The notes under the pieces were generated by a model. That model had not been told where the DNA came from. It ran no database searches and saw nothing but the letters and a program-made list of their open reading frames with translations. A DNA stretch of 64,000 nt from the human T2T-CHM13v2.0 reference genome, Homo sapiens: the NCBI RefSeq assembly GCF_009914755.1, contig NC_060938.1, one strand, 5' to 3'. This document shows, piece by piece, positions 1 through 25,281 of the stretch (within the stretch, counting starts at the first letter, position 1; each line of letters begins with the position of its first letter). The translations under genes were made by a program, and so were the position numbers.

Positions 1-188
1 AAAAAGCTTTTCATTACTCCTGTTCAACTGATGGATAAGCCAGATTGTCGGCGATCCTACATTTGATGTTAAAAACTGATCATCTTTTCTAAGATTCTTA
101 GTTAAAATGTATTTAATATTAAAAATTTTCAGGACAGGATGTGTATAGCACGTGTAAGATGAAGTGTTGTCCTGGGTCTGTTTTATAG

Positions 189-267
189 GAGGACAAAGAC
201 ACTGATTCTACCAAAGAGCCTCTGGATGACCTTTTCCCCAATGATGAAGACGACCCAGGGCAAGGAA
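189..267 (+). CDS. KLC1: KLC1 coding exon: acidic linker with LFP autoinhibitory motif
   Basis: ttttatag| ... |gtgagt; 79 nt; EDKDTDSTKEPLDDLFPNDEDDPGQG. Confidence 0.96.
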
Positions 268-719
268 GTGAGTGATGGGTGATGCAGGCATGTTACCGAG
301 TGCAGAAGAGAGGTGTTCCTCCTAGAACACGGTCATAGCAATCAGTGGCAGCCTTAGTGCATGCGGCCTGCCTGGAGGAAGCACCACCAGAGCGGGGTTG
401 CCTTTGGTTTTCCAAAATAATCTGTGTTGTGATACGGGAATATGCTAGAGCAGACCCTAGGATACAGCGGCATGCACGTGCAGTTCAGGCGTGGTCTGCA
501 GATTCTTACAGGGTGAAGAGGTCAGAATTACTTATCCTGCTTGTTTCATGGCGCCAAGAGGAGTCTCATGGCACTGAGTGGCCATGTTGCCATCCCTGAC
601 ACTGTAGTCACTACTCTTACCCTGCCTGCCCAGACAGTACTAGGAAAAGATTTAAATAGCACTGGGGGCCAAGTACTAACTTGAACCAAAGTTAGTAAAG
701 ATAATTTTAAAGAAACTGA

Positions 720-1034
<315 letters not shown>

Positions 1035-1125
1035 TAGAGACAATGTTTTTAACCATCTTGCCCCTTAAAATATATTTTTATGTATCTATATAAACTATTT
1101 TTCAACCATATCCACTTCTCTTTAA

Positions 1126-1452
<327 letters not shown>

Positions 1453-2222
1453 TATTTAGCAAGCTTTGTGGAAGGGTGTCACTGAATCAGAAGAACAGAT
1501 GCTGCCCGTGACCACTCAGTTCAGCTTGTTTAGAATAGACCACAGTGTACCCCTAACGCCAGCCAAACGAAGCTGTTTTGACCTTTTCCACAAGACCCTG
1601 TGCAGGCGGCTTCTTTTGTCTAAATAGCCTTCCCACTTGGCCTGGCGGTGTCTTCCTGCCTTCTGAGGCCTGGTGCGCTGTGCCTCCTTTTGGAATCCGG
1701 GATTCAACTTGCCCTTTGCCCCTTGTGTGCTCCCCGAACCCTTTCACCCCTGTTGAAGGACGCCCCGGGGGAGTGGTGGGCTCTCAGTTGTGTGGTAGAA
1801 GAGTTCCTTTGGCTCAGTGCCTAGGATGCAGTTGGGGGCTGGAGCCGGAGGCAGGGTGTCCTGTTGGGACAGGATTGAGGTTGTCGGGGTGGGGCGAGGG
1901 GAACCTGAGCAAGGAGGAGGACGTGGAGGAAGAGGAGAGTACAGGGCCTAATGACGCTTGAAGAGAAATGCGGTGATATGACTACCCACACGCATAAGTG
2001 ATTTCTTTAAAAATAAGTTTTGAAAGTTGATAAAATAAAAACACACAAATAAGAAAGTAAGCCCCCTGTTATAACAACACTATTTAAAATGAGGCCGTTC
2101 CCTTTGGCTCTGTAGTTTGTCAGCAGCTTGGTCTGCCCCATGACTATGCAGCAGGGTTTCGTGGACATTCTGGACATTTTTTGACTGTTTTCCTGTTGGT
2201 GAATGTTGAGATTGTTTGCATA

Positions 2223-5706
<3,484 letters not shown>

Positions 5707-6530
5707 ACTACTTTTTGGAACTCTATTTTGTACTTGCTGACTTTCACAAAAAGTTTGAGGCAGCTTACAATAGGATGTAATAGGATGAAAGAAGAAACAA
5801 CAATATATTAATACGTGGCCAGAATTAGTGTGCTTCAGAGGTTGTAGAAGCCTTATTAACCTTTCTCACGTTTTTCAGGGGAAAGCCTTGCCAGGCAGTT
5901 ACTACTACTCAATTGAGAAAGATGTGTGCTAAGTCTCAAAAGCAAGTACTTGTTCTCAGTCACATCAGTAGTGAGTAGCACGCTTAAACTGAGAGTTTCT
6001 GGTTCTGGGGTGTTTCTGTTTTACTCCAATCAAGAAAGATTCTTCGTTCCTCCATACTCAACAAAATGGAGGGAGACTGGGTACCAAGTTCAGACACAAC
6101 AATATATTTACTTTTGTTTGTTGTTTTTTAAAATATTTTTTCAGTATACATGTAGCATATCATCTTCTTACAGCAAGACTGTGCAATAGATCATATACTT
6201 GCTTTGTAGATGGGAAGGCTGGGACTGCGTGAGGTCACGTAATGCACCCAAAGCCATGTAGCCATTAACTGGTAGAGCCCAAGCTCAGACACTAGAATTA
6301 ATTCTGTCTGAAACCAAATGCAAGCTTGGTCCATTGTTCTAGACTGTTGCACTTATTCTGTGCTGGCCAGCTGGCATAGGCAGGACAACACTGTAGTGTG
6401 GGGACATTATCTTCCCAGTGGCCTAGATGGGAAGGTTAAGTTCAGAAGCTAGTTGGGTCTGATTCCAGAGTTCACCTTGCCAGTCCATTTATTGGTGGAT
6501 TTCCTTCCAGTGTTTTTTCCCCATCCATAA

Positions 6531-7149
<619 letters not shown>

Positions 7150-7225
7150 TGTGGTTTTTCTTAAATAGTTTAAGCTTAACTTTTATTTCTGTAGTTGAAA
7201 ATTACATTTAAAAAAGCTGTAGTGA

Positions 7226-7747
<522 letters not shown>

Positions 7748-8248
7748 TAAACTCAACAGGGAAAGTTTAAGTGCTGCCTTTTCCCTAGATGGTGCAGGTA
7801 GGAGGTCTTCACTTACTCAGTGCTAGTGACAGGCCAGAGCACACTTAATTTGTTTATGACCCCACCTCAAATGGATCACCAACTGTATTGTTTGATTGTA
7901 AATCAAATTGCATGTCCTTCTAGAAATTTTTTTCTGAAAATTATATTGTCTTCATTAAAATCTGGTCAGATTTGCATATGAATCTGTTTTGGTTGGCTTT
8001 GTGGCTTCCAGGGAAATTTTTAAAAAGTCAGGAATACGTTGTTGATTTGTTTAATTTTAGTATTCTGCAGTGTTACTTTGTATAATCTATACTCTAGTGA
8101 ATTGCGCTTTTCATTTTAACTGAAGTCATATTGTTCTATCCGACTAAGAATGCTTTACTGTATAGATTGAATATAAATGAATATGTGGTGTATAAATGTA
8201 CTCTATTTGGTTATCTTTTACCATTCTTAGTGGTTCTCTCTGTGTTGA

Positions 8249-9740
<1,492 letters not shown>

Positions 9741-11062
9741 GCACAAATGGTATTTTAACCTGGTATTTTTTGTGATTATTTATCAGTGATTCTTATCAGT
9801 TAATTTTGAGCCACATGGCAAGGAATTGGGGGAGAGAAAATAAAAAGGGGCTCCTTATCAAATTATACAGGTAATATTTTATCATGCTGTCAATCTGCAT
9901 GATATTTCTGAAATAGAATGGTTGAATTTGGGGTGGGCTGGAGTTAAAGTCAGGGAGAGCACAAAAGTATCAAATTAAGGATTAGGAACCATATAAGATG
10001 ACCTGCCAAATTCATTCATATATTTACCCTTTCATTCATTTAGAGCCCCCTGCTTAGAGTTGGTGATTTACAGATCAGACATGTAGTTCCTCCCACTAGG
10101 ACACAGTCCACTGGACAGACTGAGGACCGCAGAGGGCACATCAGCATCTAGAATAGAGAGCTCTGGGAGGATATGAAGTGTGGGCTTCTGCGGGCCAGAG
10201 CCAGGGGGTGTTGGGGATGGTTTCTCAGGGAAGGTCGGTGTTGGAACTGCATCTTGAATAATTGAGTTAAAAGTGTCCTAGGCAGGGGGAGGTAGGGAAT
10301 GCAGAAGGGAGTAGAAAGGCAGCTTACCTCCCTGAGGACCACATGTGTAAAGGCACAAAGCGGAGAGAACTCATCACTTGTTCAAGGTACTGAGGGAGGA
10401 GGTTAGTGTTCATTCATCTATCTCTGTGCCAGACCCCTTTTTCGATGCGGAGATTACATTGGTGAAGAAGAGAGACAAAGAATTTATACTCTTGGGGCTT
10501 ACATTGTAATAAAAAATATTCAAGGTAGTTTAGAGAAGTGATTCTTATAAAGAACAACCAGGTGATGTGCCTGTGAGTTCACTAGGTGAGGTGGGGTGGT
10601 ATAGGGAAGTCTCCTTTGAGGGGAACTGAGGAGAACCCTGAAGGATAAGTCGTAGCTAGTAGGGAGGGCTAGGAGAAGAGCATCCTGGGCAACTGGGACA
10701 GCTGTGGGCTCTTCAGAAGCTGGCAGTAAAACTCACATAGCCTTTACAAAGCCCATTTCCTTATCTTCAAAATGTGCCTAATGTGTACATTTGTACATAG
10801 TACAACCAATGTACAAAAATATAACTACCATGAAGGATTACTACAGTAATTAACACAGCTAAAGAAGATGAGCACAGTTCCCTCCCTCCCCTCATGAATA
10901 AGAATTTGAGAAATTCTGGTTATTTTATTACTACGTGGTGTAGCGAGCCAGTTAAGGATTTAAATCTGAAAGTGTAGCACAGTCGTGCTTATGTTGAGGA
11001 AGATCCTGATGTGACAGTAGGGTGGAGAATGGATTGGATGGAAGCAGAACAAGTGTCTCTAA

Positions 11063-11263
<201 letters not shown>

Positions 11264-11266
11264 TGA

Positions 11267-11548
<282 letters not shown>

Positions 11549-11805
11549 TGACTAATAGTAATATACTAATAGTATTAGTTACTGTTTATTAAGCACTTAA
11601 CTTTGTACATCACTAAGCTAAATAGTTTAAATGTGTGATTTCACTTCACTTTCACAGCAGTCTTGTGCAGCGGGTCAAACATTACCCCATTTTAAAAGCA
11701 AGGATACCACAGGCCGGGCGTGGTGGCTCACGCCTGTAATTCCAGCACTTTGGGAGGCCGAGGTGGGTGGATCACGAGGTCAGGCGATCGAGACCATCCT
11801 GGCTA

Positions 11806-12054
<249 letters not shown>

Positions 12055-12087
12055 TTAGACTGGGATTACAGTGCCCAGAGCCCATAA

Positions 12088-12229
12088 CATGTCCTCATTG
12101 CAGAGACCTATACAGTTCACGCAGAAATGGAGACAGGAGCATCACCCAAATCCATCTTCATGTCCTCATTGCAGAGACCTACCCAATTCATGCAGAAATG
12201 GAAACAGGAGAATCACCCAAATTCATCTT
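12088..12229 (+). repeat. 71-bp tandem duplication, 2 copies
   Basis: catgtcctcattgcagagacct...catctt twice, 7 mismatches by eye. Confidence 0.9.
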
Positions 12230-12504
12230 TTCACATTTTTAATGTCTTTCCTTCCTTCTGTGCCTTTGGTTTACAGATTTCAAACCATACCGTCCATATC
12301 ATCATGTATACTGCTTATTTTCTTTACATTTTTAGTGTGAGTACCTTTCAGTCATAAAAATATTTTCATAAACATTACTTTTAAGGTGGCTTTTTCCTCC
12401 ATAGCATGGGTCTGTTGGTTGTCTAGAAACTTGCGTGAGTGTTCCGAGAAGATGACTTAAAACGAATATTGATTCGTATGCTTGTTTTCTTTTTTTTTTT
12501 TTGA

Positions 12505-12735
<231 letters not shown>

Positions 12736-13232
12736 TAAGTCCCCCAAAGTGCTGGGATTACAGGTGTGAGCCACTGCACCCGGCCTTGATTTGTATCTTT
12801 TCTACTTTTGCTAGCAACATCTTGCTACTTTTTCTTAGACTATTGTTTAATGTTTTTGTTTAGTGCTCACATTCTGAATACTCCCTTGTGCTACTTGAGC
12901 AGCTGGCATTTTAGAAATTACATTCCAGGGCCCTAGCATTTGCTGGGGTGTCTTGACAGTTGCTCACCTGTCTCAGGACATTGATTCTGTACCCTGTGTC
13001 TTACCTGTTGCTTGGTGTCCAGCTCTGTCGTCCATAGACTTTTTCCTCCAGTGTGAACCTAATCTGTCCATGCTGTAAGAAGTAGTATCTAACAAGGATC
13101 ATATAAAAAAGAAAACAGGCTGGGCGCGGTGGCTCACGCCTGTAATCCTAACACTGGGAGGCTGAGGCAGGTGGATCACTTGAAGTCAGGAGTGACCAGC
13201 CTGGCCAACATGACGAAACCCCATCTCTACTA

Positions 13233-13451
<219 letters not shown>

Positions 13452-13470
13452 TTATCCTTCATTTATAGTA

Positions 13471-13600
13471 CAGGTTAAATATCCCATTATTCAAAGTGCT
13501 CCAAAGTTTGAAACTTTTCGAGTGCCGACTTGACACTCAAAGGAAATTCCCCTTAGAGCAGTTCAGATTTTGGAGTTTTGGATTAAGGATGCTCAACCTG
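13471..13600. mobile_element. Tigger4/Zombi-like internally deleted Tc1-mariner MITE
   Basis: TA|caggttaaatatccc ... ggatgctcaacctg|TA: inverted termini plus TA target duplication. Confidence 0.8.
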
Positions 13601-13622
13601 TATGCTGTGTTTTCTTCCCTAG

Positions 13623-13672
13623 ATGAAAATAAACCCATCTGGATGCATGCTGAAGAAAGAGAAGAATGCAAA
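13623..13672 (+). CDS. KLC1: KLC1 coding exon (non-TPR insert)
   Basis: ttccctag| ... |gtaaga; 50 nt; (D)ENKPIWMHAEEREECK. Confidence 0.95.
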
Positions 13673-13759
13673 GTAAGAATTTATTATTTTGAGATTTTCT
13701 AAATTGTATATACTGCATTCAAGATAATTATTCATTTGAAATTATTTCTTATAATTTAG

Positions 13760-13827
13760 GGAAAGCAAAAGGATGGGACATCTTTTGGAGAGTATGGCGG
13801 CTGGTACAAAGCCTGCAAAGTTGATAG
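13760..13827 (+). CDS. KLC1: KLC1 coding exon
   Basis: atttag| ... |gtatgt; 68 nt; GKQKDGTSFGEYGGWYKACKVD(S); preceded by an 87-nt intron. Confidence 0.95.
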
Positions 13828-14024
13828 GTATGTCTGGAATTGCGTTTGGCTGGAAAAACCAAAAAGCAGGGGGAAGGTAATTGTGTTCTACAGGGCAGCT
13901 TATAAATGACCAATGTGTAGTGTTCCTTAAGTGCACAGTCCCATGTTTTTCCCGAATTCCAATTAAAAAAACCCCACTAACCTTGTAAATGAGATCACTT
14001 ACATGTATAAAACCCACTATCATG

Positions 14025-14085
14025 TTAGGTTGGTGCAAAGGTAATTGCGATTTTGCCATTACTTTTACTTTTAATGGCAGAAACC
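14025..14085. mobile_element. MADE1 (Hsmar1 MITE), right end truncated
   Basis: ttaggttggtgcaaaggtaattgcgattttgccatta...taatggcagaaacc. Confidence 0.85.
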
Positions 14086-14358
14086 ATACAGTAAATTCAT
14101 GAGAAGCATGCCAGCAGGCCTGGGAAAGCCAGCCCCTCACACACAGCGCTGGAGACACAGATCCACACACACTCCTTTTCCTCACAGCCCATGGGGCCTT
14201 GTCCTCTGCAGAGGGAAGTGTAGGCCCCTCCGTGGCCGGCCCGAGAGCCTTGCCTCTTGAGCCCGAGCCTGTGCAGACTGCCCTCTGTGATGGCTGCTGT
14301 CCCTGGGTCCAGGTGGCTCACCTGTTTGGCTGTCTTTCCACTCTATTTTTTTTTTTGA

Positions 14359-14658
<300 letters not shown>

Positions 14659-15405
14659 TAAGACTCAGCCTACCATTCATCTATTTTCAGAAAACTCTCT
14701 GAACTCTCTCTAGGGCTCCCATAGCACTTACCATAGATTACTTGTTTCAGAGACATAGAAAATAGCTTCTTTATTTCTGTACCCAAAATGCCTATTGTAA
14801 GTAAGTGAACAGAACTCTCTCGAAGTACTTATCTATGCTAAAATGAATCTAGGTTTATTTATAATTTTTTTAGTAAGTCTGCTCTATCAAGAATGCAGAA
14901 ACATCAAGCTCAATGATACAGTTTGAAAAATAAGAAAGAAAGAAAGAACACAGAAACACAGCCGTCCTCTCGGCCATCTGCTTATTGCTTCCCTGGTACA
15001 TGAAGCATTTATCCTCTGCCCTCACACCCCACTGATAAGGAGGTTCTGCTTTGCTGTCTTCTCCCGGGTACTTGAGGGGAGACGGCAGCACGTGAGCAGC
15101 AACATTCAGAGCACTGTTTGTCGTTACTGTCAGCGCAGACCAAGTCGTCTCCAGGGAAAGCATGCTGATACCACACAGACCTGGCCCAGATGTTTCTGTT
15201 GACAGAGTGGCCAGTGGTCTGTGAGAGCCGCCTCAGCCTGGATGGAGTGTGGTGTTAGCCTGGCCTGCAGGGGCTGTCTACAGGACGGGCCAGGGTCATG
15301 GGAGGTAGAGCTACCTGAGAGGGAAGAACGCTTTACAATTTTACAGTTTCAGAAAAGTACAAGAGAAAGTTAAAATATATTCAAGCCAAAACAGAAGTCT
15401 GTTAG

Positions 15406-15639
<234 letters not shown>

Positions 15640-15683
15640 TGAATGCTTCTCTTTTACATGACTTTTATTGAAAGCTTGATTTA

Positions 15684-17225
<1,542 letters not shown>

Positions 17226-17453
17226 CACACCCTGTGCAATCCCAGCCCCATCACTGTTCCTCTAAGGGGTCCTTTGTGTTTCCAGTTCCCCGCCTCCACC
17301 CTCACCCCCTCCAAGGAACCACTCTTCCAATGTTTTTCCCTCCAGTGATTAAGAACTGTTTTTTTTTTTTTTTTCTAGCGAAGTATCTCAGAAATACCTA
17401 AGAAAATCTTAAGTGCTAATGGGTCAAACCATTTTCCCCTGCCTGGCTCACAG

Positions 17454-17615
17454 GGTCTTGACAATGTTCACAAACAGAGGGTGGCAGAAGTGCTCAATGA
17501 CCCTGAGAACATGGAGAAGCGCAGGAGCCGTGAGAGCCTCAACGTGGACGTGGTCAAGTACGAGAGTGGCCCTGACGGAGGGGAGGAAGTGAGTATGAGC
17601 GTAGAGTGGAACGGG
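17454..17615 (+). CDS. KLC1: KLC1 last common coding exon, with alternative donors after 17588 and 17615
   Basis: ctcacag|; GLDNVHKQRVAEVLNDPENMEKRRSRESLNVDVVKYESGPDGGEE then gtgagt, or extended by VSMSVEWNG then gtaagt. Confidence 0.95.
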
Positions 17616-19544
17616 GTAAGTACAGTACACAGCGGGCACGTGCTCCGGGAGGCGCCCCCAAGTGGCGCTTGCCAGGCCTTCCTCCTGTCTCATGTGCTAG
17701 ACCTTCTGCTTTTCTCAAATTAAGTGCCAATTAAGCTTTCTGTAAGTTCTTCACTTCTGCTAATACTGAAGTCTGTTATTTGTTTAAAGTGGTAATTTTC
17801 TTCTCAGGAATCCATGAAAGCTGTTTGGCTTAACTTTGAGCACTTAAATGCTGATTGAGTGTCCTGGCTATTTAAAGCATGATCCCTGTCTGGTTTCATT
17901 TTAATATTGGGATCAGTGTGGCAGATAACTAACTTGCTTCTTTAACTCACCCATTTCATTGCTAACTCCAGTGCTCCTAACTTCACTGACCAGGCTGCTC
18001 TAGATTTTGTTAGAATGAGTTGAAATGCTTTAAAGGGAGATGCTGTTTAAGTGGAATTTGTTTTTAGAAAACAGGTCAGAAACAAGAGCTTACGTGGCTG
18101 CTCTCTTGATGTCCTGCCTCAGTCCTGAGCGTCCTGCATTTCCCCTGAGAGGGCGTCCAGATCTTTGGGGCTGGCTCTTCCTGGTTGCCAGCCCGCCATG
18201 TGCCTGAGAGGCTGCACAGGGCCCCCTCTGGGTTTTACTGGTTTGCCCCTGGAAATTCCTAACCACTGCTGTTTATCCAGTGGTTGCCAAAGACCATGTG
18301 GCCTTCTGGACATTTTTTCTCCAGTGAATTTTTTAGCACATGGATTTTTTTTTTTTTTTTGATACATAAGCTGATGTCTTTGGTATTTTACTTTTGTCAG
18401 GGAGAATTGAAGGCGGCATTTGACTCATCTAGGGGCACAGTTGGTTTTTTGAAGTTGCCGTAGTACAGTTTGATTAGTTATAATTCTACAGATGTTCTGC
18501 CAAATTGTAGTTTTGGGCTTTCTTACAATGTAAATCCTTTTATTCTTTAGGATTTTCTATAGCTATAGCAATTTGGTAGGAGCTAGCATTCTAAATAAAT
18601 ATTTTATAAAAAATGTTAGTAGCAAAATTTGAGGGAGAACATTCTCTTTGACTGTCTATCTGGCAGCTTTCTTGCTTTGGTTTTTCTCTGTGCCAAGACA
18701 ACCAATCAGCATCTGCTTTGCCCACTCAACCCCAGTTGGGCAGTAGTCTAAACTGAAATCCTGGCCCGCAGGCCTCCCTGTCGCCCGCATCCTGTCAGAA
18801 CTGTGTACTGTACTCTTCTCTTGGTTGCTGTCGTATCTGCATGCTTCGTATAGAAGGACAAGTCCTTTATCTAGGCTGTAGGAGCCAGGGTGCAGATTGT
18901 GATCCTCTTGAATGAAGTTCTGGAGGAAGTTTCTCTTGAGACAGTATTTCTAGGTCCATGTTGACATGAAATCATCTGATGATAAAATGGTGACGATTCA
19001 GAGCTCTGTTACCATCTTAAAGATGGACTCGGAGAGGAAGGAGAACTCGTGTCCCCTGCAGGGGGTTCGTGGGCAGGTGTCCCCATCAGGCCCGCGGGCT
19101 GGAAGTGTCGCTGCTGGGGATGAAAGCAGCTGCTCCTCTGCACGCCTGCTGGTTTCCTCCTTCCACGCTTCCTTTCTCACTTTGGACACCTGATTCTATA
19201 GGCCATGTGCAGGCTGTGTATCTGGTGTGTCCCCTGATAGCTCTGCAGGTTTGATGGAATTCATCCCAGGGTGCGTTGGCCACGGGTGATCTACCAAAAC
19301 AGTTTGAGTTTTAAATTATCCAGTGCAGTGGTTCCTAGACTCACTTTGTGCATGGAGGCAGCCCCCTCTTCAGATGGAGTCTTAGATAAAATGAGTGAAT
19401 TCACTGGGTGGGCAGCTGAGGCTGCCTCAGAGTCTTCAGAGGAAGGCCTTGGCCTCCAACCCCACAACTCTAAGGTTCTGAGAAGGCAGAATGCTAAACT
19501 CGACCAACTTTTGATTTTCTTTTCAAAGTACACTTTTTCCCCCC

Positions 19545-22248
<2,704 letters not shown>

Positions 22249-23036
22249 TTACACTAGTAAGACAACTAGAATATGCCAAAAATAAATAAACTTAAGCACT
22301 AAATTATCTGAGATCCTACTGTATACAGATAATAACGATGACTGCATATTTTTAAACTGTGAACACATTATCCTATTAATCCTGCTCAGGTAACCCACCT
22401 TTGTAATGTGAATATTCTTTCCCAGTAATATAAAGAGGTAGACAGTTTCTTAAGCTGTTAGAATGCAGTGAATCCTCCCAGGCCCTGAAGTCCAGTTGAA
22501 TGGAAATCTGCCTGGGCCAGGGCAGCCGCCGGCCTTCCCCCTGGTTCTCACAGCCAAGGTCCTCAGGTGGCAAGTTCAGGGAAGCAGGCAGACTGACCCA
22601 GAGTGGGGCAGACCCGCTCCACTGCCAACCCCAGGTGCTGGTCTGGGTCTGCAGAGGCTCAGGGAGGAGGAGGCAGCTGGGTCGGACCCCAATTCTGGGA
22701 CTCCTGGGCCCATTGCCCAGCTGTCAGCTGTCAGCTTGCTACTCCAGCAGCTGCAGAGGGGAGAGAGAGCATGAGTGAGCGTGTGTGCACGCGTGTGTGT
22801 GTGTGTCACATGAAATACTTTTGAATCTGAGTGAAATGAATCTTCTGTGTTCTGCCAAGCATTTAGTTGAGGTGTATTATAAACTACTGTAGTGTAGCGC
22901 TGAGTTTTGAAATGAACAGCAGGGGCTGCACTGTTAATGACGATACGTTAGCATTTTAGCATCCTTTTTCTCAAGAGCAGCAAAAACTTATGTTTTCTTG
23001 TCCTCCCCACATTTTTGAGGTGTTGGTAACAAGTGT

Positions 23037-23140
23037 TATTTTTCCATTTTAAAGATGAGGAAAATGAAGCTCGGGCTGGTTAACTGACTTGCTCAGCGTC
23101 CCATGGTGAGTCCGAGCGGGCGGGGCGCAGGCCCTGCCGT
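23037..23140. mobile_element. MIR core remnant containing a KLC1 coding exon
   Basis: ttccattttaaagatgaggaaaatgaagctcgggctggttaactgacttgctcagcgtc vs remembered MIR core ccccattttacagatgaggaaactgaggctcagagaggttaagtgacttgcccaaggtc. Confidence 0.8.
23055..23087 (+). CDS. KLC1: KLC1 alternative C-terminal exon MRKMKLGLVN* (exon continues to donor after 23105)
   Basis: ttttaaag|ATG AGG AAA ATG AAG CTC GGG CTG GTT AAC TGA ... ccatg|gtgagt; matches a remembered KLC1 isoform tail. Confidence 0.9.
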   Translation: MRKMKLGLVN

Positions 23141-23706
23141 CTGGCGCTTCTGTCGAGACGTCGGCTTTCCAACCTGGCAGGACCCAGGACGCATTGCTGC
23201 CTGTGGAAATTAATTTTCTTTTGGATTATCAACTGCATGTTTAAAATGGGCTGTAGACTTTTAAAGTCCGTGGTTTCCTAAAGTTTCTGAAATGTCTAAA
23301 ATGTGTTTTTAAGAGAATGAAAGTCATACCTGTAGCCTTTATTTTGGTCCCTATGTTTTTCATTGCATAATCTCCTTATATACAGTTACTTGTAAAGCCT
23401 TTTACACCAAGTGTCAAGGAGATTTCTAATACGTTGCCAATCTTTACGCTTAAAGTGTTGACATTTACTTTGATGACCATTGGGAATGGACCAGTCTGGA
23501 TTCTGTGAAATGCACCATGAGGCCCAGCACCTGCTTTATGCTGGACTGGTAGAAGCAGGCAGAAGGTCATCCCAGTCCTAAAGCCACTCAGAAGGCTGCT
23601 GAGACTTGTGACCTAGAAATACTGTAAGCCAGGCTGTTATGCAGAGCCTGTTGCCTTTCCTCGCCGCGGTTTCACGTGGGTTTTCTCTCTCCTTTCTGTC
23701 TGACAG

Positions 23707-23968
23707 GCCTAGCCGCCCGTGACTCTCACACTGTCTCCTGCATGACGGGTGGCGCCTCCCGCAGCTTCCCTTCTCTCTCCAGTGCTGCCCGCTGTGTCTA
23801 GCAGCCTCTAGGATCTTGTCAGAGCTGCACCTCTCTGTGAACTGGCCATTCCTTTCGGTGCTGCTGTCCTTTTTGGGGGGGTTCCTGATTTCTGTATACA
23901 TGTAGCTTTGCCAGATATGTACTTAGTAATATAAACTGTATTAATAAAATCCATTTACTGTGTAATAC
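23707..23968 (+). other. KLC1: KLC1 proximal terminal exon (reads A* in phase 0; otherwise 3'UTR)
   Basis: long pyrimidine tract + tgacag|GCC TAG; AATAAA at 23943-23948, second AATAAA at 24275-24280; 3' end approximate. Confidence 0.8.
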
Positions 23969-24978
23969 ACGAGTTTAAAAATTAAGAGCGATTAGCTGTT
24001 CACTTTGGTAACAGGTAGTTAAGTGTCACACAAGGTGTTGTTGCAATGGCATGACGGTGACCTGTTGACGTAACTAAGCCTTAGAGCAAGGCATGTGCCG
24101 CACGTGCTCCGTGGTACTTAGAGCCCTGGGGGCCCCGCTCGGACTCCGGGTCTCCCTAGGATATGCCCCAGTAGCATTTGCTGTGTAGTCTGTGTGTGAA
24201 ATTTGGGCATTCTGCTTTTCTCTACTAATCTTGAAGTGCTCAGTGATTTGTGTATTTGTGTCTTTCTAACTTCTAATAAACTCACTCCGACTGACCTGTG
24301 TCTTGGTGTCTGTCTGCTTGGTAGAACTTCTCACTCTTTATCCATGAAACGCCGCATGGCACAGCTGCTAGGGGTCATGGGGTGACAGTTCATCTCACCA
24401 AGGAGTTCCTTCCAAGAAGAAATGCTGCTGTATGCACATCTTCTTCACTCTGTGTTTTTTATTTTCATGTTCAGATACTGCCAAGTATTTCACTTATTAA
24501 TACCTGAATCAATTAAGATGAGAGCTGGGCACTCTCACCTCCCTACAAGGTTGTCTGAGGATTTTTAGTTATTTGTATAGAATGGGCATTTTATTTAATT
24601 TTCCAACCACCTTTGTAGTTAACATTTAATGAAACTGTTCTGTAAAATTTACTGAAGGAAACAGTACCTCCAACTATTGCATTTAGACGAAACTGTTAAA
24701 AGGAAGAGCCTCTGTCAGATCCAAATGGTTTGGGTCCTGTACTGTGTTACTTGTACCAGATGCTTATGTATCTGTTAAATGTGGAAGTCGATTTTGATGA
24801 TATTCTTAGAAGCTGCTTTAATTTTCCTGAGACTTTGTGTGTTGGCTTTTGTCTCAAAATAGCAGGATTCACATTGCTTTTGGGATGCGATCACTTGTTT
24901 GAATGAGCTTCCTTATGTCCAAAGGTTTTCATGATCATTGGATTATCTTTAATGAAACTTAAAAAGAACAATTTCTAG

Positions 24979-25281
<303 letters not shown>

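Noticed and set aside
18772-18915. Possible extra KLC1 tail exon (cccgcag|ASLSPASCQNC...DPLE*)
   Set aside because: An open phase-0 frame exists, but the pyrimidine tract is poor and I do not recognise the peptide; junction reads would be needed.
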